From NCBI GenBank assembly GCA_032718475.1, contig JAUCBJ010009074.1, forward strand, positions 1 through 64,000: a DNA stretch of 64,000 nucleotides, read 5' to 3'. The notes beneath the pieces were generated by a model that was given only the letters and a program-made list of their open reading frames with translations, was not told where the DNA came from and did not search any database. A program made the position numbers and the translations under genes. Of this stretch, positions 42,607-53,940 are shown piece after piece; position 1 is the first letter of the stretch, and each line of letters begins with the position of its first letter. Origin of the DNA: Nemertoderma westbladi (Eukaryota; Animalia; Xenacoelomorpha).

Positions 42607-43330
42607 TTATCTAGAAGACATCCTAATTTGGCGGGTTAAACTGCTAAAGGTCTGAAAGCGCGAAAACTTATAAATTTGCAAATCCCGACTACAACGTCCT
42701 AAATCGAAATTTAAACGCTCAACTGTATCTTTGCAGTGATAGAGAACTACTTTAAGTTGGTCATAGATAGATTCAGTAGGTTCTGAAACAACAGAATAGT
42801 CATTCAATGCGAAAGTGAAATCACTGAATTTGAAGTTTGTATCGGATGGATTTATTTCACGTTTAATAAAACCCTTTAGTATCTTCATTGTAATATCTGT
42901 ATCTATAACGATAGAAACCCGAGGTAGGCGGCGTAGGCCTAATACTTTCTGTAAATATATCAGATCGTCTACTGACATTTTACGACATCCACTTATGTCT
43001 AAAGTTCGCAAACTTCCTAGTTGGTAAAGCTAACTAAGTCCCGCAGAGGTGACATCGCATACTGGAGGAGAGCACAAGGATATCAGGTTGGGACAGGACT
43101 GTGCTATAGCGTTGACTGTGTCATCATTTACGGCCAAGGTTTTCAACTTTAGTGTGTTGAGTTGGGGGAATTGAACTTTACCAAATATCCAAGTATCCCC
43201 CTCCATTAGGGCAGTACTGCAGTACGGTGGGTCAAAAATATATCCTCCTCCATCTCTCTCAACCCATGAGACATTGGGCCTAATGGGACCCATCGTAAAA
43301 GATTGATAATTAAATCTTCAGGAAATTTCT
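42607..43330 (-). pseudogene. Leucine-rich-repeat (FBXL/RNI-like) protein pseudogene, possibly with an F-box motif
   Basis: ORFs 43030..43293 and 42607..43011 are in frame, split by one TAG: LNTLKLKTLAVNDDTVNAIAQSCPNLISLCSPPVCDVTSAGLS*LYQLGSLRTLDISGCRKMS, which are cysteine-containing LRRs. Upstream, in another frame, KFPEDLIINLLRWV (~43287-43328) resembles an F-box start. Confidence 0.65.
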
Positions 43331-44734
43331 CGCCAAACACTTCACCAATACCGGTACCATAGAATAGTTTAACTATGATATCTAGGGGAAAGAAACATTG
43401 ATCTAAGAATATGTCTTTATACTGTTATAGGATTCCATAATGTAGTACAAAGTTATTTCTTGTTGGTTGCGAGGCATTAGGGAGGGTTGGGCGGGCGGCG
43501 GAGGTTGTTCATTATATAGAAGTTCCAGTTGATTAAATGCCAATAGATATAGGAACGCAGTATATATTTTCTCATGACCATACGAAGTCTAGGTGCAGCC
43601 AACGCTAGCCAGTGACAGACTTCAGTAATATCGAGAGATTTTTTCTGATATTCGGCGGTTACAATTACCTTTGATAATGTCCGGGTGACACCTGTATAAC
43701 ATACAGTATTTCCTGTAATGTTAGGATACGGCCATCCGAGTTTGAATAACTACTGCGTTGTTCACTATATCCATGGTTGCGGTAATCACCTACGGTACGG
43801 ACAGACTGTCAGTACGTATGTCGAAGTCGTACCGGTAGCCTACTACAGTACCACAGTACTACTACTTGAAAGTTGGAACATAGTAACTGACTGCCGGTCA
43901 CTGGTCGGCTGGTAGCCTAATCACCCAACTACTACTGTACACTCACTTAGCACTTTTTGTTCGGGAAAATCTTTGCCTGAAATCTTAAAGGATTATAGAT
44001 AAATACAAAATACGACAGTTCAATTTATTTTATTATATTAATTTGCATTTGCATCTTTTATTTATGAATATACTGTATTTAGCGACAAAAACGTACAAAT
44101 AAAAGAATATTGCGAATTACAGTACATGGGAATAAATAAAGAAACATTTGTTGATTTGTGGTAACGTAGCAACACTTTCGGTTGGGAATTCAAATTGTTA
44201 CTGGCCATACTGCAGACTGGCGGATTGTCCTATTGAACAAAACAGCTTCATGACATTATTGGTTGTGTGTGGTTCCTTCACATTTATGTTGACTTTTTCG
44301 GTCCGCATCTCCTTACCTGTTACTCCAAACGTGTTTGCCGCTCACTCTAATCGCATTATGTACAATTTATGCGTAATCCAACGAGGCCGAGGTGAGGACG
44401 ACGAATCCATCGAAGAAATTAAACTCGAAATATAATTATGAAACCAAACGGCGCCGAAGCCTACTACCGTTGGTTTGGATGGTTGTTGATTGTAGTGACA
44501 TTATACAGTGTATTATCTGACGTCGATTGTTAAAGCAGAGAAAATCGCGGTGAAATCTGTGAGTTTAATAAGCTGAATTAGTTAGTTGGTAGGTACCGAT
44601 AGCAGGATTGCTACCGGAATGTAGCAGAGGCATAGCGAGTCCTTCTGGCTGGCGCCCAGGGGAATGAAGCTGAGATGCCCCTAAAGCCTAAGTAAAGCCC
44701 CTAAATTTAGTGGGTCAGTTATTTCTCTTAGATA

Positions 44735-46904
44735 CTACTACTACTAGGATCGGCATGCTGCATTGCAGCTGCATTTTTAAGAATGCTGTGCCGGCTTATC
44801 GACAAAATTGCACCGCCACAACTCCCTATCACCCATGACATTTGCTAGATCATCCGCATCTTCAAGGCCAGTGTCCTTTAAGATGCGTCTCAAGAAAGTC
44901 ATTGGCTGTCCGCCATGCTTATTCACCCCATGAGGCTGCCAAAGTACAAGATTATGCACTGGCTGGTCCTCACGGCGAAAGCAATGTCCTGCAAAGCGGA
45001 GGCGATTTTGTTCTAGTGTCAAGCTTGGGGGATCCAATGTAACACCTCCAATGTTATATAGTGTCTGGTTGGAGATGTGTGCATTGAACTTGACACAATG
45101 AACCCGGCGTAGCATTCTTGTGAATGTGCCATCCAGAGATTTGGTGTCCTCAGCAGTTAGAGCCCAGCATGGACTCCCATAGAGGAGTGCTGTAACTACT
45201 GCTGCTCTAATTAACCGGACCTTAAGTTTCCGATTAATTCTCGGTGCCTTCCAAATCCTGGAAAGCCTATTCAAGGCTGCCCATGCCTTTCCCTTACGTA
45301 TTCGAAGGTCCTCACCTGACTTCCGGATCCATGATCCCAGGTAACAGAAGTCATCCACATGCTCAAGCATATCATCTTTTGAGCTTATGCTCATCCGATC
45401 AGAGACTTGCTGAGGACTTTCAAAGTTAACTGTCAAAATTTTGGTCTTTCTGGAGTTAATAAAAAGACCAACACTAGAAGCAGCATGTTCTGATGAGCTG
45501 AGGAGCCGTTGGGCTCCCTCTAGTGATTCTGAGAGTACTCCTAAGTCATCAGCAAAGTCTAGATCAGTTAGGTACTTGGCAGGATTTCCTCGACTTCTGG
45601 AGCCAGTAGGTGGAGTTATCATCACCCCATCATCATTATGACGATCTAAGTACATGCGTAGAACATAGTCAACAACAATTATGAACAAGAATGGTGCAAG
45701 TGTGTCTCCCTGGAGGACGCCCCATAACACTCCAAATGGTTCTGTGTCACCGTCAACAGTAGACACAAGTGTTGTCGAACCATCGTATACTGATCTGATT
45801 GCTGCAATAATTTAATCAGGAATCCCATATAATGAAAGTATGCTGAACATACGTGAGCGAGAGACTGAATCAAAGGCCTTGAAGAAGTCAACAAAGATAA
45901 CAGCCAGATGCCTGTCTTTCTTTTTTGATAACTCTTCAATTATCCTTCTAAGTGCCAAAATGGGCTCCATGGTCCCACGACCTTTACGGAACCCATTCTG
46001 ATTTCCACGGAGCAGTCTCTCAATGGGATCCCTGATGCGATTTAATAGAATTCTATTGTATAGCTTTGCAGCAATCGAGATCAATGAGATTCCCCGAAAA
46101 GAACCATAGAGTGTTAGGTTGCCCTTCTTGGGAACTGGCACCAACTTATTAGTTTTCATTTCTTGTGGGACTCTTGTTGTACGGTACATGTCTACTATGA
46201 TGGGATAGATGAGCTTTAAACACTCCGGTATTTTAAAGACCTCAGGGGGAACACCATCTACTCCACTGGCACGATTGGTCTTAATGCTCTTTGCAGCAGC
46301 CTTCACTTCTGCAAAGGAGATATCGCCAATGGGAATATCTGGGAGTACAGACTCAGACACTTTTACTTCTATAAAGTTATCAGGCAATACCCTGTCATTA
46401 TTGAGGAGCTTTTCAAAGTGGGCCTTCCAACCATTGAGGCGATCGGCTGGTGATTCAGCCTTAACCTTGGTGGTTGGTTGGCTTTTTCGACCAGCAAGCA
46501 AGTTGATCGATCTCCATGCCTGTGATGATTGCCTGCTGTCGTCAGCATCATTGATGGCATCAACCTGTTGGTTTATAAGCTCCTGTAAATTAACAGAGTA
46601 CTGCCTGTTCAGGGACCTAGATGCAGCTTTAACTGCATTCTTGGCCGCTGTAATCTGTTTGAGTCGGGACTCTTTCTGCGCCTTGTAGAGGTCATTTCGG
46701 CACTTCTGAATTTTGTTAGTCAGTCCAGGGGGCCCGTTTCCTGTCTCGAGGGTATACAGGAACTGTTTCTGCATCTGCTAACTTAACTGCCTCTGCGAAG
46801 GCAGTATAGCCCTCACAGTGATCTGCCGCCTCAGAGGCAAGAGCCTCATACCTGTTGCTCAGCTGTAGTGTGAAGCTGGATCTCACACTTGCATTGCTCT
46901 CACA
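44735..46904 (-). mobile_element. 5'-truncated RTE-clade LINE with (TAG)n tail and 10-bp TSD
   Basis: CTCTTAGATA at 44725-44734 and 46905-46914; tail reads TAGTAGTAGTAG on the minus strand directly inside the left TSD; RT coding inside. Confidence 0.92.
44777..46900 (-). pseudogene. RTE reverse transcriptase, one in-frame stop (45812-45814) and a frameshift near 46715
   Basis: RASGVDGVPPE, PKKGNL..FRGISL, QNGFRKGR, FVDFFKAFDSV, GVLQGDTLAPFLF, LDFADD, FCYLGS, LLYGSPCWAL, RLRFAGHCFR. ORFs 45812..46774 and 44777..45766 are in frame. Confidence 0.93.
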
Positions 46905-47513
46905 CTCTTAGATAGAATCCTTTAAACAATAGGTTTACCGTGTCGAAAGTACTTCGCCCTAACCAAAAATATGTCCTCTTTCAGATGAGACAAATAAAAA
47001 TTGAATAGCTCCAGTTGTTTTCGAGATATGAGGAGTTCCTGGCACCCGCATGCCATATCAGCACCTTTCGGAATTGAAAAAATACTCATCCCTGCAAACA
47101 TCACCCTTCAAAGACTTGGGTATAACCATTAAACCATACTAATGCTTTTTTGGTTTGATAAATTCATTATTAGTAATCGAAAGTGAGATTAGAAGCAAAA
47201 TTGAACTTTTTATTTTTTTAATAGATATACTAAAACAGCACCAAAAGTGCAAGTAGCTCAAAATTTTCAAATAGACAAAAGTGGTAATTTGGCCGTATAG
47301 TTAGGCTACTGAGGTTTTAGAATATGCTAATTTCATTGGCAAGCTTTATAAAATTGTGGTATTGTCGAAAATGGTACGAAAATGATAAGTTTCATCCATC
47401 ACAAGCCATTTCATTGCAAACTCATTTTCAAAATGGCGTTTATTATGTTCTAATTAATTAAATTTTGCTGCCATTCACTATTTGCACATTACTATTCACA
47501 TAGTTACAAATAG

Positions 47514-47912
47514 TTACAAATAAAAAGCGACTGAATAATTAATTTTTTGTTGACGAGTTTTAAATTCTATAATTGTATCCTTCCTAGAGCACTGGGAGTG
47601 TTCCTTTGCAACATTTTTTCCAAAGACATTGCAGACCGTGGTAAAGACAACCTTAATAGTGTTCTGTATATGTTTATCACAACCAATGTCCATAAATGGG
47701 CTGTGTTCAAAAACGTGATTCAAAACCACTTGCGCAACCTTTCTGTTTGGGAATTCTTGTTCTATAATTACGGTCTCAGCTCGATCCAAAATTACAAAGG
47801 CATGTTTTACTAGTTCACGAAGACTTTCTGTAGGGAATATTAACCCGCCCTGATCTAAAAGTTTAAAATAACGGTGTTATTTTAACTGATTCTTTATGTA
47901 CACCGAGTGTTT
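47514..47912 (-). pseudogene. P-type transposase, C-terminal segment
   Basis: RYFKLLDQGGLIFPT followed by ORF 47514..47789 (GCDKH..TVCNVF); continues the 48479 ORF across the MITE. Confidence 0.7.
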
Positions 47913-48472
47913 GGGGGCGTTCATAAAGTATGTCACGCAAATTTTTCCGATTTTTGACCCCCCCCCCCTTTCCCCCCTCTGTCACAAAGTGTCACACAAG
48001 CTCGACCCCCCCCCCCCGGCCTCTGTCACATTAGACAATTTGTAATACCCCCCCCCCCCCCCCCCCCCGACAAAAACATTTTATTGTAATAATACACAAT
48101 GTTTGTTATGCCAAAATAGAAAATACAATATTAATTCAATCACTATATCTACATTTAACCACGGTTCTTATTCTATATTAATAACAGGTATTACAGTGTT
48201 GGAGTCAATGGCTTCTATGTCCTACTCAATTTATCGATTATACTCAATGTTTGAGTTTATTGTTTTCCTTAAAGTTACCCACTCTTCTACACATGTGTGA
48301 AAGTCAAAAGCCAAGATAACATCAAAGTATAGGCCTACCGTAGAACATCGCCGTGACCGTCACAAAAGTCGTCACCCCCTCCCCCCTCTGTCACAAAATG
48401 TCGCGCAAGCTCTAACCACCCCCCCCCCCCCCCTCCCTCCCCTAGTGCGTGACATACTTTATGAACGCCCCC
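47913..48472. mobile_element. 560-bp MITE with perfect 27-bp TIRs and 3-bp TSD (Zator/PIF-Harbinger-like ends)
   Basis: GGGGGCGTTCATAAAGTATGTCACGCA (47913-47939) and its exact reverse complement (48446-48472); TTT on both flanks; poly-C tracts and repeated CTCTGTCACAAA subterminal motifs; no coding capacity. Confidence 0.92.
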
Positions 48473-49375
48473 TTTGAACTAGCAGTCATTACATTGATAT
48501 TTCTTTAGTAACTTGTGCGCTATGTAGCCAGCTACACAAACAGTAGCCTCGGTTGTCGCCTCATCAACAGCATAAACAAAGTCGATAATATCGATATTCT
48601 CTAATAGATCAGTGAAATCGAAATCCTGAGATCGATCTACAATAACGTCATCTAAACAAATATTCTTCTTTAGCATAGATTTAACACGAATGATATTTTC
48701 CGACCTAATAACTTCTAATAAGCCCACCAAAAAACGACCCCCACTCATTTGCCTGTACTTTGAATAGTGGCGTTCTAATGGATCTGTTTGAAGTCGTCCT
48801 GTAAGAACAAATTCATAATCATCGCTATATAACAACTCAAAACACAAGTTGGCCATTGATCGGTTTGTTTGTATTAGTGCTTGCCGTGTCGCCGAAGTAA
48901 GCAGTTTATTCGAGGGAATTATTTCAATATCCAACCAATCAGCAAACTCCCTGAGAAATTCAAACTTTCCATCACTTTTAATCATTGCGTTTCCAATAGG
49001 AATTTTACGATACCGTTCTTTGGCGTTGACGACTAACCACATACAGGAGCAACGTTTTGCTTCTTGTTGCCAAAATGAGTGACACTGTAGGTTAATTTAG
49101 GAGCCAATCGCAAAGAGCTTAGGATAACAGAATCGATTTCCTCTACTCGGTAAAGGAGGGACCATTTTACTTTTCCTGTGGGAACAAACAGTAAAGGTTT
49201 TCTTGTCAAGTTTGTAAACAAAGGGTTTTCCAATATTAAATAGTTTCTGATTGGCTAAACTATTTCGAACATTTTTAATAAGATGAATGGGATCATATAT
49301 AAAGAATATGTTCTTGTTAGAAATAGATGCCATAGAACAAAATTTATCACCTGGTTTCTTTGATGAAAGACTATT
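48473..49375 (-). pseudogene. P-type transposase, catalytic segment (DxxH and final E)
   Basis: FFIYDPIHLIKNVRN, FLREFADWL, LTSATRQALIQT, YEFVLTGRLQTDPLERHYSKYRQMSGG, CVAGYIAHKL...CNDC; frameshifted. Confidence 0.9.
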
Positions 49376-49519
49376 TTTTTTTTTTTTTTTTTTTATAGCT
49401 ACACCCCCCTGTCGGGGTAAAAGTTTTATTTAATAATTAATTGATAAAATATAAATAAAAATAAAAATTAATATAACTCAATAAAAGTAATTTATAATAG
49501 CGTATCCCAGTAATATATG

Positions 49520-52500
49520 TCACATCTTGGCCAGTTCGGATAGTGAAGGGCAGAGTTGACATGCTAAAGCGTGGTATCGGTCGGCGCAGGGCAGACTGCA
49601 ATACCGGCAGATGCAGGAATCGGCAGGTTCGTGGAAACCTATCCCCGTCCCACACAGTCGGTGATGGAAGCCGTGGACTGTCGCCCTCGTGACTACATGT
49701 CGGTTTCGCTGTCCAGCTGTACGCCACGTGGAAGACTGAAAAGCTGGGCCCCTGGTGTAACCTTCGTCGATAAAGTTCTGTTGGCGCTCGTCACGAAATT
49801 GTCTGTACTGTTGAAATACATCTGGGTTAAAAGCGTTGGGATATTTCCGGATAATGTCGTCGGTACATGTAGATTCTCCCACTAAGTTTAATGCTAAAGT
49901 CGCTGATGATGACGTATGTATCCTGAGCAGCCGTTTGATAAAAGCGACTTTACATTTGTCGATTTCTTTTAAATTTCGCAAGTTCAGAAAGGGACCAAAT
50001 TCTTGTATACAGTATGTCATAATGGGAAGTATTTTACCGTGAAATATAATCATGCCAGACCGGACTGACATTAAGTGTAATTTAGTTAGACTCCCAATAA
50101 TCTTGAAAATATTCAGTTTCTTCTCCGCAATATGTTGAGAAAAGGATAGTGAGGTCTGCAAAGTCAAGCCCAGATACTCGTATTCATTCACTATTTCTAT
50201 CAATGAGTTACCAAAATAAAATTTGTCTGTGTTGGCTATGCGACCAGCTTTTCGAAATTTGACCATCTTAGATTTCTTCATGTTAACAATCATTCCATTT
50301 TTAATACACCAATTATATAATACATCCAGTGCTCTTCTAATCAATTCAGGATTCTCAGAGTAAATGACAAGGTCATCTGCGTAAAAAATAAACAATAGGT
50401 CGTTGCCAATTTCTCTGAGACTATCTGCTAGGTCTACTAAGAATAAAATAAAACATGTTGGCGAGAAGCAGTCACCTTGGAGTATACCTCGCAGCTGCTG
50501 AATAAATCTAGAGAAACGTAGACCATCGAAGACGATAATATAATTCTGGAGCAGGTTCTTAATTAAATTGAAGAGTTTACCTTTTATTCCGAAGTTATAT
50601 AACTTTATCAGTAATAGAGAGCGGTTGACCATGTCAAAGGCCTTTGTGAAGTCTACAAAAAGTACGTACATTTTGTTACCCGATCGACCCGAGATTGCAG
50701 AGAGTAGTTTAGAAACCGCCTGACGAGTTGACCTTCCTTTAGAGAAACCAAACTGTTCCGGAGGTATTTTTTCTTTTAGAAACTCGCGGACCCTCGAGTT
50801 TATGATTGATGTTAAGACTTTTAGCATAGTACATATGAGAGCAATGCCGCGGTAGTTGGATGGATCCGTTAACCCACCTCTGCCCTTGTAAAGCAACTTA
50901 ATTATGCTGTTTTTCCAAGCCGAGGGTAATTTCCCAGCAGATAAACATAGATTAAATAATGTGCATAGAGTTACAATTAATAAAATTCCCAGGTGCTTTA
51001 AGTGTTCGTAGTAGATCCCGTCTGGGCCACTGGCTTTTTTGTTAGGTGTTTCCTCGATAACGCTTCGAACTTCTGCATCCTTAAAATCTCTGTTGTACCA
51101 TGCGTCTTTTGATAGTTCATTGTCATCCGGTTTTGGAGTTTCTAGGGTTTGTGGGCCAAGCCCTGGAGACCCTAGCAACTCACTGAAATGTTTTTCGATG
51201 ACATTGGCATCAATGGGCGCAACTCTATGACTGCTTGACTTATGCAGTAACCATGGGTTCATATTTGAATCTTTAACTTTTTCACTCAGTTCAGTCTGTT
51301 CATAGCCCGCACGCTTAGATTTCACTAGATTATTATATCGTCGGCGTAAACCCCAATAGACCAGTTGATTGTCATGTCTACGTCTGAATACATCCATTAA
51401 CTCTCCCTTTAGTTGCCTGCATTCACTGTCGAACCAAGGTTTGTGGTGGGAAAAGCGCTTTGTGGAAGACGTTGATTCGGTGATTGCCCTTGAGAGAGAC
51501 ATACAAGCGGCGTCTATGTCACCCTCTTCCAGATACTCCATGGTATTAGCAGTTTGTGCGTGTCCAACAAACTTTCCGTATGAAATGCGCCGAGAGTAAT
51601 TCCGTTTAAAATCATTTGTAGTAGGGGTTGCTGATACTGAGTACTTGCATGTTATAGTAACAGGCCAGTGTTTGCGCATTGATGTTGGCATGACTAGTGC
51701 CGGGTTTGTATAATTGGCTTGACTTTGGTTATTCATAATCGGCCTGACGAACAGCAAATCTATTACACTGTCTCCCTGGGGTGAGTGATAAGTAATTTCG
51801 TTTTTGTCGGAGACGCATATCAGTCCAAAAGATTCCAGGCATCTAACTAGTCTGTCTCCACGGTTTCCCTTGTCTAGGCGGCAGTTAAAGTCACCGCCTA
51901 TGAGAATAGATTTATCTGGGTCAAGCTTCGAGATTTCATTTGTGATCTGAAGGCATATTTCCTCCACTGGTTGGTTAGGCTGGAAATAAAACACCATATA
52001 CTGTGAGGTAGTTGTATTTATTGCAACATGATTACTTGATTGGTTAATTAGGTTAGGATTTAGCCAAGGTTTCACCAGTATGGCAAGGCCTCCGGAAGGA
52101 CGCCCACTATTGGGTTTGACAGCTGGTTGCATATAAGCGTAGTAACCGGGAATCCTGTTAGACAAATCTGTTGATGTATATAACGTTTCGGTGCACAGCA
52201 TCACATCAGCGTTGTTAGTAACTAATTCCGATGAGAAATGATCAGTTAAATATTGTAAACCTTCCACGTTCCACAGTCTCACACTAATGGTTGCCATAAT
52301 TGGTTGATTATTGCATCCTCCAGTAGGGGGAGCTGCCACGCTGTGGGGGGCTGTAGGATCGCCTGGCGAGGTGGCAGACGCGCCATTGGGCGCGAGTTGG
52401 GCGCTGAATCCAGGGGGGACCACGGCGGTGGGCGTGGGCACACGTTGGGGGTTGAGTCCGGGGGGGGCCACGGCGGTGGGCGCACGTAGGGCGCTGAGTC

Positions 52501-52783
52501 CCGTAGGGACCGTTGCGACGGGCGTGGGCACATGTTGGGCGCTGAGTCCGGGAGGGACTGCGGCGGTGGGCGCACGTAGGGCGCTGAGTCTGGTAGGGAC
52601 CGCTGCGACGGGCGTGGGCACACGTTGGGCGCTGAGTCCGGGAGTGACTGCGGCGGTGGGCGCACGTAGGGCGCTGAGTCCGGTAGGGACCGCTGCGACG
52701 GGCGTGGGCACACGTTGGGCGCTGAGTCCGGGATGGACTGCGGAGGTGGGCACGCGTTGGGCGTTGAGTCCGGGAGGGACCAC
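49520..52783 (-). CDS. LINE ORF2: Pro/Thr/Ala repeat extension + APE endonuclease + reverse transcriptase + Cys/His-rich C-terminus (1087 aa; alternative start ATG 52297)
   Basis: VRLWNVEGL, LCTET, GRPSGGLAIL, GGDFNCR, SVIDLLF; KASGPDGI, NYRGIAL, QFGFSKG, FVDFTKAFDMV, GILQGDCFSP, YADDL, YEYLG; C-terminal CICRYC...HALAC. Confidence 0.95.
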   Translation of the reverse strand: MVPPGLNAQRVPTSAVHPGLSAQRVPTPVAAVPTGLSALRAPTAAVTPGLSAQRVPTPVAAVPTRLSALRAPTAAVPPGLSAQHVPTPVATVPTGLSALRAPTAVAPPGLNPQRVPTPTAVVPPGFSAQLAPNGASATSPGDPTAPHSVAAPPTGGCNNQPIMATISVRLWNVEGLQYLTDHFSSELVTNNADVMLCTETLYTSTDLSNRIPGYYAYMQPAVKPNSGRPSGGLAILVKPWLNPNLINQSSNHVAINTTTSQYMVFYFQPNQPVEEICLQITNEISKLDPDKSILIGGDFNCRLDKGNRGDRLVRCLESFGLICVSDKNEITYHSPQGDSVIDLLFVRPIMNNQSQANYTNPALVMPTSMRKHWPVTITCKYSVSATPTTNDFKRNYSRRISYGKFVGHAQTANTMEYLEEGDIDAACMSLSRAITESTSSTKRFSHHKPWFDSECRQLKGELMDVFRRRHDNQLVYWGLRRRYNNLVKSKRAGYEQTELSEKVKDSNMNPWLLHKSSSHRVAPIDANVIEKHFSELLGSPGLGPQTLETPKPDDNELSKDAWYNRDFKDAEVRSVIEETPNKKASGPDGIYYEHLKHLGILLIVTLCTLFNLCLSAGKLPSAWKNSIIKLLYKGRGGLTDPSNYRGIALICTMLKVLTSIINSRVREFLKEKIPPEQFGFSKGRSTRQAVSKLLSAISGRSGNKMYVLFVDFTKAFDMVNRSLLLIKLYNFGIKGKLFNLIKNLLQNYIIVFDGLRFSRFIQQLRGILQGDCFSPTCFILFLVDLADSLREIGNDLLFIFYADDLVIYSENPELIRRALDVLYNWCIKNGMIVNMKKSKMVKFRKAGRIANTDKFYFGNSLIEIVNEYEYLGLTLQTSLSFSQHIAEKKLNIFKIIGSLTKLHLMSVRSGMIIFHGKILPIMTYCIQEFGPFLNLRNLKEIDKCKVAFIKRLLRIHTSSSATLALNLVGESTCTDDIIRKYPNAFNPDVFQQYRQFRDERQQNFIDEGYTRGPAFQSSTWRTAGQRNRHVVTRATVHGFHHRLCGTGIGFHEPADSCICRYCSLPCADRYHALACQLCPSLSELAKM

Positions 52784-52813
52784 GATGGTGGGCGCTTGTT
52801 GGGGGCTGAGTTC
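52399..52813. repeat. GC-rich tandem array of alternating 48/42-nt units (90-nt dimer) between LINE ORF1 and the APE domain
   Basis: GGGCGCTGAGTCC-like starts at 52399, 52447, 52489, 52537, 52579, 52627, 52669, 52717, 52759, 52801. Confidence 0.95.
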
Positions 52814-52822
52814 TGTTGCGAG

Positions 52823-53728
52823 TCAGTCTTGATGATCGACAGTATTTACTGCACCATTGGTGGTTCTTGTCATTGGTTGTTCTGGGCAATAATTCTGTTC
52901 TTGTCTGAAGTTCCTCGCATCAGAGCGGCGAGTGCTATCACGCGGTCGTAGGCCAAATAATTCTCGCTCTGCGTTGGTTAAGCGGTAATTCTTGATGGTG
53001 ATTCCCGTTTCCCAGAGGTTGGGATCCATCAATGCCTCCCTGTTTTCCTGTGTGCAGATGAGGTGAAATGCTCGAGTTTCCGATCCTTGGTACACAGGTA
53101 ACGGGATGATGTCATCATATGGAATCTGTTCACCTTGGAGGTAGTCGGCGATGTCATTTTCAGACACTGCAGTGTCAACGCGCCCTATATGTATGTGTGC
53201 TTTTCTCTGGACGTGAGCAGGGCGCTCCGTGGTCGTAGAGCTAGGGGCAGCCTTTATTGGGCCACCAACCTTACTTCCCCGAGTGACCTGTCGTGGTCGG
53301 GAATTACTTTGCCGATCGAGGTTTGTGGAACTCTGCCGAAAGGCCGTATTAGCTTCCGGGTTAGAGGGGGCCTCACTAATTAGCCTGGCGTTCGGCGTGT
53401 CCGGGTTATCCCAGGAACTTCCGTTTCCCCGTCTCGTATTCCTCCTGACTTTGGTCCAGCTGTTTTCCATTTGTTCGGTTGGTGGTTGGCTTTTCCGATC
53501 ACTGATTACCTTGTCGTCTTTCAGGTGTCGAATTAGTTCGTTTTTGGAGTCTATCGATTCCTGCTTAGCCTCTGCTAATTTGTCCATCGCGCGGGTGTAC
53601 ATGCAGGATAGTTGTCGTAGGAGTTCACCCACCTTTTTCTCCTGATCGTTTGTAACAGACTTTTTCGTCTTGAAAATTCCCACCAGATGTAATACATCTT
53701 GTTGCACATTTAAGAATGCTTCTGCCAT
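52823..53728 (-). CDS. LINE ORF1 (coiled-coil-like N-terminus, RRM-like C-terminal domain)
   Basis: ~300-aa open frame directly 5' of ORF2 inside the TSD-bounded element; HIHIGRVDTAVSENDIADYL...AFHL...LMDPNLWETGITIKNY resembles LINE ORF1 RRM-like domains. Confidence 0.85.
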   Translation of the reverse strand: MAEAFLNVQQDVLHLVGIFKTKKSVTNDQEKKVGELLRQLSCMYTRAMDKLAEAKQESIDSKNELIRHLKDDKVISDRKSQPPTEQMENSWTKVRRNTRRGNGSSWDNPDTPNARLISEAPSNPEANTAFRQSSTNLDRQSNSRPRQVTRGSKVGGPIKAAPSSTTTERPAHVQRKAHIHIGRVDTAVSENDIADYLQGEQIPYDDIIPLPVYQGSETRAFHLICTQENREALMDPNLWETGITIKNYRLTNAERELFGLRPRDSTRRSDARNFRQEQNYCPEQPMTRTTNGAVNTVDHQD

Positions 53729-53940
53729 AATCAAGTAGCGATTAAAATCAATGAATAGTGATAAAATCAGATAAAATCAAATCAATTTATTTGAGTTTAC
53801 AGCAGTAGAGTCAAATTACAAAGTTGATACTTAGGCTTTTAAAAAAAACTCATTAAACTAGAGCTTATTAAAAATTTAAAATACAACAATTAATTAGCTA
53901 GTATATAATTAGCTAGTAATTAGATGAAAGACTATTAAAT

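Larger units (their letters stand above)
49374..53922 (-). mobile_element. Full-length, apparently intact two-ORF APE-RT LINE (RTEX-like or unclassified clade) with poly-A tail and 14-bp TSD
   Basis: GATGAAAGACTATT at 49362-49375 and 53923-53936; 21-T run 49374-49394; AATAAA on the minus strand ~30 nt before the tail; uninterrupted ORF1 and ORF2. Confidence 0.95.

Noticed and set aside
44148-44460. Possible transposase fragment or 95-aa ORF
   Set aside because: No convincing motif on either strand.
45490-45520. CTGATGAG hammerhead-like core
   Set aside because: Lies in the antisense of RTE coding sequence with no stem II/GAAA partner.
46209-53645. Plus-strand ORFs opposite LINE genes (46209, 52311, 53229 and others)
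   Set aside because: Antisense shadows of real coding frames or of the stop-poor GC repeat.
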